Shown here one piece after another: positions 27,161-36,401 of a DNA stretch of 64,000 bases (position 1 is its first letter; the number at the start of each line of letters is the position of its first letter). Made by a program: the position numbers and the translations under genes. The DNA is from Actinomycetota bacterium. GTDB lineage: Bacteria > Actinomycetota > Acidimicrobiia > Acidimicrobiales > Ilumatobacteraceae. A model generated the notes under the pieces. That model was not told where the DNA came from. It ran no database searches and worked only from the letters and a program-made list of their open reading frames with translations. The stretch spans positions 19,440 through 83,439 of the forward strand of contig VFZC01000004.1 of the NCBI GenBank assembly GCA_016871355.1, given 5' to 3'.

Positions 27161-28441
27161 TTGACTAGCGTCTCGGTCGTGGTGGGGCGATGGTCACTCG
27201 TGCTCGCAGCGTGTTTGACCGTCGCTGCGTGCACCGAACCGAAACCCGGCTACGAAGCCGTCGCGGAGACGACCCCGCCGTCATCGATCGAGTCGAGCAG
27301 CTCGCTCGCGCCGTCTTCCACGATTCCGGCGCCGAGTGGAGAACCCTTCGTGATCGGTGTCGTGAACAGCGAAGGCAACCCGGGAGTCGACTTTCCCGAC
27401 TTCTCCATCGCATTTCGAGCCGCCGCCGACTACATCAACGCCGAGTGGGGCGGATTCGGCGGTCGTCCCCTCGAGTTGATCGTGTGCGCCACCAAAGCCA
27501 GTCCGGAGTCGTCACAGGCCTGTGCCCAAGACCTCGCCGCTCGCGGGGTCGACATGGCGATGATCGGTCTCGACCTGTTCGTCGCCTACGGAACGTTCGA
27601 GTCGGCCGGCATTCCGGTGATCGGAGCGGTGCCGGTGTTCGCGGGCGATTATTCGGCCAACGCCGTGTACATCACCGCGGGCAATCTCGTGGTGCAGGCG
27701 GCCACCGCCAACGCCATCGTCAGTGAGAAGTACCTCGGATTGAAGCGAGTGGCGATCATCGCCGCCGACAGTGCGGCCACCGCCGACGCGCTCACCTACC
27801 TCGAACCAGCGCTGAAGGCCGGGGGGGCGGAGTTCACCACGATCAAAGGTGGCGAGACCGAATCGGATGCTGGCTATCGCTCGTTGATGCAGCAGGCCGC
27901 GGCCTTCGATCCGACCGCGATCATCGTGTTCTACAGCCAAGCCGGATGTGTGGGACTCATGCGCGCGCGAGCCGACCTCGGTATCGACGTGCCGAGTTTC
28001 GCGTCGACGGCCTGCCTCGGCGACACGGTGATCGATGCCGTGGGTGACGACGCGATTGGTTGGTACTTCGCCGGCGCATCGGGCGGCCCCGAATCGGACG
28101 ACTCGCGGACGATGAGGAAGTACGTAGCCGCCGTGACCGGTAAGCGACCCGATCAAATCGACCGCTACGGATTCACGTCGCTCGGTTGGGCCCAGTTGCT
28201 CACCATCTGGAAGGTCGCGGCCAACCTCGATGTGCCACTCAGCGGTGATTCCATCAACGACGCGTTCCGGTCGGGACGGGGCCGCTTCTGGGCCAGCGAT
28301 GCCCCGTTGGAGTGTGGCTCGGTTCCGGCGTTGCCGAGTGTGTGCCTGTTCGAGATTCCCTTCGCTCGATACACCGAGAGCGGAGTCGAACCTGCTTTCG
28401 GGGGCGTTCAGGTGTCGGCGCTCGATGTGCTGGAATTCTGA
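27161..28441 (+). CDS. ABC transporter substrate-binding lipoprotein (Leu/Ile/Val-binding protein family)
   Basis: TTG start. Lipobox-like LVLAAC/VAAC. Type-1 periplasmic binding fold pattern. Immediately precedes the permease gene. Confidence 0.7.
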   Translation: MTSVSVVVGRWSLVLAACLTVAACTEPKPGYEAVAETTPPSSIESSSSLAPSSTIPAPSGEPFVIGVVNSEGNPGVDFPDFSIAFRAAADYINAEWGGFGGRPLELIVCATKASPESSQACAQDLAARGVDMAMIGLDLFVAYGTFESAGIPVIGAVPVFAGDYSANAVYITAGNLVVQAATANAIVSEKYLGLKRVAIIAADSAATADALTYLEPALKAGGAEFTTIKGGETESDAGYRSLMQQAAAFDPTAIIVFYSQAGCVGLMRARADLGIDVPSFASTACLGDTVIDAVGDDAIGWYFAGASGGPESDDSRTMRKYVAAVTGKRPDQIDRYGFTSLGWAQLLTIWKVAANLDVPLSGDSINDAFRSGRGRFWASDAPLECGSVPALPSVCLFEIPFARYTESGVEPAFGGVQVSALDVLEF

Positions 28442-28446
28442 GCACG

Positions 28447-30423
28447 ATGACCATCTACCTCGCAGCGATCCTGGCCGGCCTCGGCGCTGGCGCGGTGTAC
28501 GCGCTCATAGGGTTGGGCCTGGTGGTCACGGCCCGTGGGTCGGGTCTGGTGAACTTCAGTTTCGGTGCGATCTGCGCGTGGTCGGCCTACGTGTACTACG
28601 ACCTCCGAACCAACGCGCGGTATCCGATCTTCGTTCCCGGGCCATGGCAAGCTCATCGATTCGGTGGTGACGACGTTCGAGTCACGGTGGCCTCCGCCGT
28701 GGCCATCACCATCGCGACCGCGGCCGTCATCAGTGCGCTGGCCTATGTGCTCATCTTCCGGGCTCTGCGATCGTCGCCGCTGCTCGCCAAGTTGGTGGCC
28801 AGTATCGGCGTCCTCCTCGCGTTGCAGGGAATGATCAGCATTCGTTTCGACGGCTCCAGCAGCATCAACCTTCCCTCCACGTTGCCGGGCGGGGTTCTCC
28901 GTCTCACCGACGATTTGGTGATCGATGTCGACGCTTTGTGGCTCGTGGGTATCGCCGTCGTCCTGGCGGTGGCGTTCTGGGCTCTGTTCCGGTTCACTCG
29001 TCAGGGGCTCGCCATTCGCGCCTCGGCCGAATCGGAAAAGGGTGCGGTGCTCTTGGGCTTCGCGGCCGATCGTCTCGCCATCTTCACCTGGGTCGCGGCG
29101 TCCATGATCGCGTCGATCGTGGGCATCCTCGCGGCTCCGGTCTTCCAGTTGTCACCGCTTCTCTTCACCCAGTTGATGGTTCCTGCGCTCGGCGCAGCTT
29201 TGGTGGGTCGCTTCATGTCGTTCGGTTGGACGGTTGCCGCGGGCTTGCTCATCGGCATCGTGCAGTCGTTGGCTCCCGCATTGCAGTCCGATTTCTCCTG
29301 GCTGCCCACACTCGGTCTTCGCGACGGCCTCGTCTTCGTCGCCGTGATCGCCGCTCTGGTGATCATGGGCAAGCGAATCCCCGAACGTGGGGCCCTCGAC
29401 TCGGGCCGACTGGCCACGGTGGGCGACGGTGAGTTGCGGCCACGGCAAACCTTGCTCGCGGTGGCCACGGTGATCATCGCGTTCGTCACCATTCCCGACA
29501 CGTGGGGCTTGGCGCTGCTCACGTCGGTCACCTTCTGCGGCCTCGCGCTGTCTCTCGTCGTGGTCACCGGGTATCTCGGACAGATTTCGCTCGCGCAGAT
29601 GACGATTGCGGGCGTGGCCGGATTCGCACTGTCACGACTCACTGAGCGGATCGGCCTGCCGTTCCCCATCGCCCCCTTGATCGCGGCTCTGGTGGCCACT
29701 GCTTTCGGTGTGTTGGTCGGCGTTCCGGCCCTTCGCGTCCGTGGCGTGAACTTGGCCATCGTGACGCTGGCGGGAAGCATCGCCGTTCAGGAATTCGTCT
29801 TCAAGAACTCGGTGTTCGTGGGTGATCTCTCCAGTGGCGGTGCCCCCGTGAGTCGTCCCGAATTGTTCGGGATCAACCTCGGTCTGCGGAGTGAGGACGA
29901 TCCGTATCGACCGGTGTTCGGCGTGATGGTGACCGTCGTGGTGGCCCTCATCGCCGTGTTGGTGGCCAACGTTCGCCGCAGCGACACCGGCCACAAGTTC
30001 CTCTCGGTTCGATCGAACGAACGCGCTGCCGAGTCGATCGCCATCGACGTGGCCCGCACCAAGTTGCTCGGCTTCGCGGTGTCGTCGTTCATCGCCGGCC
30101 TCATGGGCACGTTGATCGCTTATCGATTCGGTTCGGTCTCGGCGAACTCGTACACCTTCTTCTCGTCGATGGTCTTGTTGGCCTTCGCCTATCTCGGCGG
30201 CATCGCGTCGATCTCGGGTGCGGTTCTGGCTGGCGTGTTCGCATCCGACGGCATCGGGTTCAAGGCCCTCGACTCGGGCTGGGCCCGGCTCGGCATCGAA
30301 TTCGGTCGGTGGGAGATCATCGTCGGAGCGATCGGACTCGTGTTCATGGCCGTGAAGAACCCCGAGGGTCTGGCGGGCACGGTTCACCGAGTGGGTCGCC
30401 GCTGGACGGCCCGTCGGCGCTGA
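28447..30423 (+). CDS. Fused branched-chain amino acid ABC permease (LivH-like + LivM-like halves)
   Basis: ATG 28447 (MTIYLAAILAGLGAGAVYALIGLG, typical LivH N-terminus). 658 aa, polytopic. The second half resembles LivM (GQISLAQMTIAGVAGF). Confidence 0.8.
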   Translation: MTIYLAAILAGLGAGAVYALIGLGLVVTARGSGLVNFSFGAICAWSAYVYYDLRTNARYPIFVPGPWQAHRFGGDDVRVTVASAVAITIATAAVISALAYVLIFRALRSSPLLAKLVASIGVLLALQGMISIRFDGSSSINLPSTLPGGVLRLTDDLVIDVDALWLVGIAVVLAVAFWALFRFTRQGLAIRASAESEKGAVLLGFAADRLAIFTWVAASMIASIVGILAAPVFQLSPLLFTQLMVPALGAALVGRFMSFGWTVAAGLLIGIVQSLAPALQSDFSWLPTLGLRDGLVFVAVIAALVIMGKRIPERGALDSGRLATVGDGELRPRQTLLAVATVIIAFVTIPDTWGLALLTSVTFCGLALSLVVVTGYLGQISLAQMTIAGVAGFALSRLTERIGLPFPIAPLIAALVATAFGVLVGVPALRVRGVNLAIVTLAGSIAVQEFVFKNSVFVGDLSSGGAPVSRPELFGINLGLRSEDDPYRPVFGVMVTVVVALIAVLVANVRRSDTGHKFLSVRSNERAAESIAIDVARTKLLGFAVSSFIAGLMGTLIAYRFGSVSANSYTFFSSMVLLAFAYLGGIASISGAVLAGVFASDGIGFKALDSGWARLGIEFGRWEIIVGAIGLVFMAVKNPEGLAGTVHRVGRRWTARRR

Positions 30424-30491
30424 CGGAGAACTCCGGGAACCAAAGCGACTCTTCGAGCGACTCCTTCTCACTTGTCCTAGGAGGTCCCTTC

Positions 30492-31322
30492 ATGTCACTG
30501 TCCACTCGAGTACGCCGCGCCCTGATGGCGGCATCGATCATGTCGGCTGGTTCGTTGATGGCGTTTGCGTCGTCGGCGTCCGCTCACGTCTCGATCGTCA
30601 CCTACGGAACCACTTTCACGGCTGGCGCGAACAATGCCTTCTACTTCCGTGTTCCGCACGGATGCGACGGGAATCCGACCAACAAGTTCGTGATCGACAT
30701 TCCCGCATCGGTCACCAGAGTGAAGCCCTTCCAGCAGCCCGGTTGGACCATCACTCGAACCCTCAGTGGAACCAGCACCACTCAGGTGGTGTGGACCGCC
30801 AACACCCCGGCTGATCGTCTACTGGACTGGCAGGTTCGCGACTTCGGCTTGCGGGCCACCCTCAATGGCAAAGCCGGCGACAAGATCTCCTTCACGGCCG
30901 CGCAGTATTGCGATTTCACAGAAGCCGGAACGACCAACACCGGTATGACCGCGGAGAACTGGGTAGGACCCGATGCTCCGACTCTGACACTGGTCGGAGC
31001 CGATGACAAGGTGACCAATGCCAGCGACCTGGCGCTACTGCGCAGCCAACTCGTTTCCTTGCTCTTCCGCGCCGCTCAGCCGGCCCAGGCGTCGCTCGCC
31101 AAGAGCGGTGCGCTCAACTACGTCGTCGACTTCTCGTCGGTGTGGAGAAACACCAAGGTCGAGGTGCGGTCCGGTGCCACGAGTCTCGGAACCGTGGCTT
31201 TGAACTCCCTCGGTGATGCGTCGGGAGCGCTGTCGAAGTCGGTTGCCGCCAACGTCAAGGCGGGATCGGTCATCACCTTCGTCTGGAACGGTCTGACCAT
31301 CGCGAGCGCGACGGTCAGCTGA
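30492..31322 (+). CDS. YcnI (DUF1775) family copper-binding protein with an extra C-terminal domain
   Basis: AGGAGG upstream of ATG 30492. Signal peptide ends ASA|HVS, exposing an N-terminal His. FRVPHGC motif. Confidence 0.75.
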   Translation: MSLSTRVRRALMAASIMSAGSLMAFASSASAHVSIVTYGTTFTAGANNAFYFRVPHGCDGNPTNKFVIDIPASVTRVKPFQQPGWTITRTLSGTSTTQVVWTANTPADRLLDWQVRDFGLRATLNGKAGDKISFTAAQYCDFTEAGTTNTGMTAENWVGPDAPTLTLVGADDKVTNASDLALLRSQLVSLLFRAAQPAQASLAKSGALNYVVDFSSVWRNTKVEVRSGATSLGTVALNSLGDASGALSKSVAANVKAGSVITFVWNGLTIASATVS

Positions 31323-31821
31323 CGATCACCGTGCAGACCACCTCGTGACCCGGATGTAACGTCAGTTGCGAGGGTCCGAGGATGGTCGCGGTGAATTGGA
31401 ACGTGACCCGTGTTCCGCTGAGTTCGATGTCGTAGTTGTGGAGGTGGAACTCCTGCTCACGAGAGCTGACGGCCACCAGAGTCACGTTCGATCCCGCGGC
31501 GACGGTGAACGAGGGAGCGGAGCCCGAGTCGGCATCGCACGTCAACGACCGAGGGCCACTCGCCGGAGCGCTCGACGACGGACCCGCAGCGGCAGGTGAC
31601 GAGACAGTGGGGGTCGAGGAGATCGGAGTGCTCGGAGACGTCGTCGATGTGGCCGCGGCCGTGTCGGGTGGGAGCGACTCCTCCGCACCACCCGTGATGC
31701 TCGCCGAGGTCGACGTGGTCGTCGAGTCGACGCCGACCATGGTGTCGACGGTCGGATCGGCGGTTCGGGTCGCCCCGCAGGCTGCCAGAACGATGAGGCT
31801 CGGAAGTAGGAGTCGTTTCAT
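31315..31821 (-). CDS. Lipoprotein with Ser/Thr/Pro linker and small cupredoxin-like C-terminal domain
   Basis: MKRLLLPSLIVLAACG lipobox. C-terminal EFHLHNYD...LHPGHEVVC resembles cupredoxin-like (EfeO-type) domains. Assignment tentative. Confidence 0.55.
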   Translation of the reverse strand: MKRLLLPSLIVLAACGATRTADPTVDTMVGVDSTTTSTSASITGGAEESLPPDTAAATSTTSPSTPISSTPTVSSPAAAGPSSSAPASGPRSLTCDADSGSAPSFTVAAGSNVTLVAVSSREQEFHLHNYDIELSGTRVTFQFTATILGPSQLTLHPGHEVVCTVIVS

Positions 31822-31900
31822 GTCTCAGGAGTCGTCTGGTTGGTGTTACTGGTTCCCAGGGTAGGTGAAACGACCGGGTGTTCGGGTTAGGTTCCGTCTC

Positions 31901-32410
31901 GTGATCCGCTTGTTCCAGCACGCGTACTTCGTGACCGACATCGAGGAGTCGATCGTGCAGTGGCACGAGCTCTTCGGCGCCGGCCCGTTCGCCATCGCGT
32001 CGCATCACAAGACCGACACGTTCGCCTATCGGGGAACGTCGATCGAAGCCGATGTCTCCTACGCCTTCGGGTATCTGGGCGATCTCATGATCCAGTTCAT
32101 CCAGCAGCACGACGACCAGCCGTCGATCTACCGCGACATGTACGCCGCCGGAGAGTCGGGCTTCCACCACGTGGCGTACCTGGTGTCCGATTTCGCCGCC
32201 GAACGCCAGCGCCTGCTCGACATGGGTTTCGAGCCGGCCTGCGAGCTCCACGCCGACGGTGTGAACGCCTCCTACTTCGACACCCGCGCCGTCACCGGTG
32301 GTTTCACCGAAATCCACGGTGATCCTCCGCACATCGTCAAGGTCTTCGATCGCTGGCGTCGAGCCCACGCCGAATGGAAGCCGGGCGACTCGATCGTGAT
32401 GGGTCGCTGA
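31901..32410 (+). CDS. VOC (glyoxalase/bleomycin resistance/extradiol dioxygenase) family protein
   Basis: IRLFQHAYFVTDIEESI..FHHVAYLV pattern. Start is either GTG 31901 or 31865. Confidence 0.65.
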   Translation: MIRLFQHAYFVTDIEESIVQWHELFGAGPFAIASHHKTDTFAYRGTSIEADVSYAFGYLGDLMIQFIQQHDDQPSIYRDMYAAGESGFHHVAYLVSDFAAERQRLLDMGFEPACELHADGVNASYFDTRAVTGGFTEIHGDPPHIVKVFDRWRRAHAEWKPGDSIVMGR

Positions 32411-33733
32411 TCAGTCGCCGAACACCTGGCGGGTGTAGTCGTTGGCGAACACCCGCTGCGGGTCGAGTTCGTTGCGCGCGCCGATGAACGATCCCCACTT
32501 CGGATACAGCGGGGCCAGGTCGCCAGCCGAGCGGAAGTGGAGTTTGCCCCAGTGCGGACGGCCGGAATAACTGGCCAAGATCTCTTCGACGTCACGGAAG
32601 TAGCGCTCGGCCACGGGCCACGGTGTTCCTTTGTACATGTGCACCGCGATGTAGGCCGATTCGCGGCCGTGGGCCGTGGAGAGGGTGATGTCGTCGGCGG
32701 CGGTGAATCGCACCTCCACCGGGAAACTCACCAGGTGGCCGTGGGTGTCGATCATGGAGCGGATGCGGCTGAGAGCTTCGGCGCAGTGTTCGCGCGGAAT
32801 CGAGTACTCCATCTCCAAGAACTTGACGATGCGCTTCGAGGCGTAGATGCGGAAGCTGTCGTTCACGTAGGTGGACTGACCGCTCGACGGAAGGGCGGTG
32901 GCCAGGCGCGGGATGAGTGACGGTCGACGTCGGCCGATTTCGCACAGCGCGCCGAAGCCGATGTTTTCGATGAAGGTCTTCGACCACCAATGACGGGCGC
33001 GGTCGACCGGGGTGCGCGGCGGAACCGGATCGTCGGTCCGGTTGTTGCGCTTGGTGAGCGCCCACGGTGTGTGGGGCAGCCAGAAGAACTCGAAGTGATC
33101 GTTGCCGTCGACCAATGAGTCGAGGTTCTCAAGGAGGTCGTCGAGTTTGCGCGCGCCTTCTTGGGCCTGCAGTCGAAACGCCGGCACCACACCGAGCGTG
33201 TACTCGCTCACGATGCCGAGCGCACCCACGTTCACTCGCGCGGCCTGGAACACATCACCGTGCTCTGGACCCAGGTCGTGGACACGGCCGGTTCCGTCGA
33301 CGAGCCGAAGACGCTTCACCTGCCCGGCCAACCCAGTGAGATGTCGTCCGGTGCCGTGGGTGGACGTGGCGATGGCGCCGCTGATGGTCTGATACGCAAT
33401 GTCGCCCAGATTGGGCAGGGCCAGGCCCAAACCGTGCAGAACGTTGTTGAGCGCGTCGATCGTGATGCCGGCACCCACCGTGACCGTTGCGTTGGCCCGA
33501 TCGACGTGGGACAGACTTCCCATGTCGTCGAGCCGAATGAGGTGGCCAGAGGTGGTGGCGGTCGCGGTGAAGCTGTGACCGGTTCCGACGGGCTTGACGG
33601 TGCGGCCCTCGGCGGCGGCTCGCTGCACGATTCCGGCGAGTTGTTCTTCGTCGTTCGGGCGGTGGATGTGGTGAGGACGCGAGACCTGATTGCCGGCCCA
33701 GTTGGTCCACTTTCCCTTCGAGTAACGAGCCAC
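32411..33733 (-). CDS. FAD-dependent D-arabinono-1,4-lactone / L-gulonolactone oxidase family protein
   Basis: N-terminal WTNWAGN, FAD motif VGTGHSFT, ALO C-terminal domain. 440 aa. Confidence 0.85.
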   Translation of the reverse strand: MARYSKGKWTNWAGNQVSRPHHIHRPNDEEQLAGIVQRAAAEGRTVKPVGTGHSFTATATTSGHLIRLDDMGSLSHVDRANATVTVGAGITIDALNNVLHGLGLALPNLGDIAYQTISGAIATSTHGTGRHLTGLAGQVKRLRLVDGTGRVHDLGPEHGDVFQAARVNVGALGIVSEYTLGVVPAFRLQAQEGARKLDDLLENLDSLVDGNDHFEFFWLPHTPWALTKRNNRTDDPVPPRTPVDRARHWWSKTFIENIGFGALCEIGRRRPSLIPRLATALPSSGQSTYVNDSFRIYASKRIVKFLEMEYSIPREHCAEALSRIRSMIDTHGHLVSFPVEVRFTAADDITLSTAHGRESAYIAVHMYKGTPWPVAERYFRDVEEILASYSGRPHWGKLHFRSAGDLAPLYPKWGSFIGARNELDPQRVFANDYTRQVFGD

Positions 33734-33787
33734 GGTTCAACAGTAGTGGGCGAGGGTCGGATCGTCGTCGGCCAGTACTGTCGCCGT

Positions 33788-34786
33788 ATGAGTGAATCCT
33801 CTTTTCCCGCTTTCGTGTTCACGAACGATGGTGAGAATGTGACCCGCGGTGTCCGCACGGTCGGCCTCGGCGACATCGCACCCGATGGCGTCCTGATCGA
33901 AGTCGAATGGTCGAGCGTGAACTACAAGGACGGTCTGGCATCCACGACCGCGGGCAAGGTGTCGCGTATCTCTCCGATCATCCCGGGTATCGACCTGGCC
34001 GGTCGCGTGGTCGATCCGGCTGGTTCGTCGTTCGCGGTGGGTGCATCGGTGATCGCGCATGGGTACGACATCGGAACGGCACGACACGGGGCCTACGCGC
34101 GTTACTGCCGTGTGCCCGCCGAGTGGTTGGTGCCGATGCCGGCCGGCCTCACGGCGCGTGAGGCGATGGTGATCGGTACCGGCGGCTTCACCGCCGCCTT
34201 GTCGGTGATGGCGCTCGAGCGCCACGGTCTGCGACCCGGTGACGGTCCGGTTCTCGTCACCGGCGCCACCGGTGGCGTGGGAAGCATGGCCGTGTCGATG
34301 CTGGCCGGTCGTGGCTACGAGGTCGTGGCCAGTTCGGGCAAAGCGTCGGCAGCCGAGTTCTTGGCGTCGCTCGGTGCGGCGGCGGTGATCGACCGCAACG
34401 AGTTGTCGGCCGACGATCCGCGGCCCCTGCAAGCCATGACGTACGCCGGTGCGGTCGACTGCGTGGGAGGGTCCACTCTGGCCAACGTGTTCAAGAGATT
34501 GAAGTACGGCGGAGCCGTGGCGGCCAGCGGACTCACCGGGGGAGCGTCGTTCACCACGACCGTCATGCCGTTCATCTTGCGAGGGGTCGCACTCTTGGGC
34601 ATCGACTCGGTTCAGACGCCGATGGCCGATCGCGTCGAGTGCTGGAATCGTCTGGGCGCCGACCTGAAACCGAGCGGCTTGGCCACGATCGGCCACGACA
34701 TCACGCTCAAAGATCTCGACGGAGTGCTCACCACCATCTTGAAGGGCGGAGTGACCGGACGCTACGCGGTGTCTCCGACGGCGTAG
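33788..34786 (+). CDS. MDR family NADPH:quinone oxidoreductase (YhdH/AcuI-like)
   Basis: ATG 33788. WSSVNYKDGLA signature of the YhdH/YhfP group. GATGGVG nucleotide motif. Confidence 0.8.
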   Translation: MSESSFPAFVFTNDGENVTRGVRTVGLGDIAPDGVLIEVEWSSVNYKDGLASTTAGKVSRISPIIPGIDLAGRVVDPAGSSFAVGASVIAHGYDIGTARHGAYARYCRVPAEWLVPMPAGLTAREAMVIGTGGFTAALSVMALERHGLRPGDGPVLVTGATGGVGSMAVSMLAGRGYEVVASSGKASAAEFLASLGAAAVIDRNELSADDPRPLQAMTYAGAVDCVGGSTLANVFKRLKYGGAVAASGLTGGASFTTTVMPFILRGVALLGIDSVQTPMADRVECWNRLGADLKPSGLATIGHDITLKDLDGVLTTILKGGVTGRYAVSPTA

Positions 34787-34851
34787 AGGAGTGGGTGCGG
34801 CCGATCAGGCGGCTAGCGTGTCCGCCATGGGCCCACGCCCGACACTCCACG

Positions 34852-35811
34852 ATGGCACCTCCAAGTAGTACGTCAACCGTCGTCGTTCCGGGAACCCACC
34901 TGATGCCGGCCCTCCTGGGGTCGCGCGACTCGCATCTGCGCGCCATCGAAACGGCCTTTCCCGAGACCGATATATCGGTGCGCGGTAACGAGGTCACGAT
35001 CCTCGGCCCCCAGAGCGACACCGTGGCCAAGCTCTTCGAGGAGTTGGTCCTTGTACTTCAACGCGGAGAGTCCCTCGACCCGGCCGTGGTCGGTCGCAGT
35101 ATCGGCATGGTCCAGTCCGACGAACGGCCGTCGCGGGTTCTCACCGACGAGGTATTGCGTGGAGCCAAGGGCCGCTCGATCCGCCCGAAGACCGCCGGCC
35201 AGAAGCGTTACATCGATGCAATTCGCTCCAACGTGATCACCTTCGGCATCGGACCGGCCGGAACGGGCAAGAGCTGGCTGGCGGTCGCCATGGCGGTACA
35301 CGCCCTGCAGTCGAAGGCCGTTCAGCGCATCATCCTCACCCGGCCCGCCGTCGAAGCCGGCGAACGGCTCGGCTTCCTCCCCGGCGACCTGATGGCCAAG
35401 ATCGATCCGTACCTCCGGCCGCTCTATGACGCGCTGTACGACATGGTCGATCTCGAAGGGGCTCAGAAGCTCATCGAGCGTCAGACCGTGGAGGTCGCGC
35501 CGCTGGCCTTCATGCGCGGACGCACACTCAACAACTCGTTCATCATTCTCGACGAGGCTCAGAACACCACACCCGAGCAGATGAAGATGTTCCTCACACG
35601 CATCGGGTTCGGATCGAAAGTGGTCGTCACCGGCGACACCACACAGGTCGACGTTCCGGGTGGCCGCACCGGTCTGGTCGGACTCGAGCGCACACTGGCC
35701 GGGATCGACGGACTGAGTTTCGTGCATCTCGACAAGGGTGACGTCGTGCGCCACCGCATCGTGGCCGACATCGTGGCCGCGTACGAACGCTCGAGCGAGG
35801 GTCGCTCGTGA
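34852..35811 (+). CDS. phoH: PhoH family ATPase
   Basis: Walker A GPAGTGKSWLAVA. ILDEAQN. Followed by ybeY, as in many bacteria. Confidence 0.9.
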   Translation: MAPPSSTSTVVVPGTHLMPALLGSRDSHLRAIETAFPETDISVRGNEVTILGPQSDTVAKLFEELVLVLQRGESLDPAVVGRSIGMVQSDERPSRVLTDEVLRGAKGRSIRPKTAGQKRYIDAIRSNVITFGIGPAGTGKSWLAVAMAVHALQSKAVQRIILTRPAVEAGERLGFLPGDLMAKIDPYLRPLYDALYDMVDLEGAQKLIERQTVEVAPLAFMRGRTLNNSFIILDEAQNTTPEQMKMFLTRIGFGSKVVVTGDTTQVDVPGGRTGLVGLERTLAGIDGLSFVHLDKGDVVRHRIVADIVAAYERSSEGRS

Positions 35812-36401
35812 CTCTCGGCCCCCCGCGCTTTCGACGCAAGACACGTATCGGTGGGGACGTCGACCCCGAAGTGTTCTGCGCCGACGAACAAGACGTCGTG
35901 CCCGTCGACGTGTCGCGGTGGCAGGACCTGGCGCGCAAGGTGTTGTCGGCCGAAGGGGTGCGGGGTGGAACCGAACTCAGCATCTTCTTCATCGCCGAGG
36001 CCGATATGGCCGAACTCAATCGTGAGCACATGGGTGCCGATGGTTCGACCGACGTGTTGTCGTTTCCGATCGACGGCGGTGAACTCGTCGACGTGGTGGC
36101 CGGCCCGTCGGGCGGGACTCGCGCCCCCGACCGTTCGCCGATCGACCGCGGTGATCTTCCTCTCTTGCTGGGCGACGTCGTCATCTGCCCCGAAGTGGCG
36201 GCGCGGCAGGCCGACACGCATGCTGGAAATCTCGACGACGAGTTCGCGTTGCTCGTGGTGCACGGCATCTTGCACGTGCTCGGATGGGACCATGCGACCG
36301 ACGACGAGCGCGACCGCATGTGGGCGCGTGAACGTGCCTTGTTGACCGAACACCACTGGAGCGGCCCGGTGCCGAGCCGATTCCGACAGGACATGCCGTG
36401 A
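35808..36401 (+). CDS. ybeY: rRNA maturation RNase YbeY
   Basis: Zinc motif HGILHVLGWDH. GTGA overlap with the phoH stop. The exact start may be further downstream. Confidence 0.9.
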   Translation: MTLGPPRFRRKTRIGGDVDPEVFCADEQDVVPVDVSRWQDLARKVLSAEGVRGGTELSIFFIAEADMAELNREHMGADGSTDVLSFPIDGGELVDVVAGPSGGTRAPDRSPIDRGDLPLLLGDVVICPEVAARQADTHAGNLDDEFALLVVHGILHVLGWDHATDDERDRMWARERALLTEHHWSGPVPSRFRQDMP

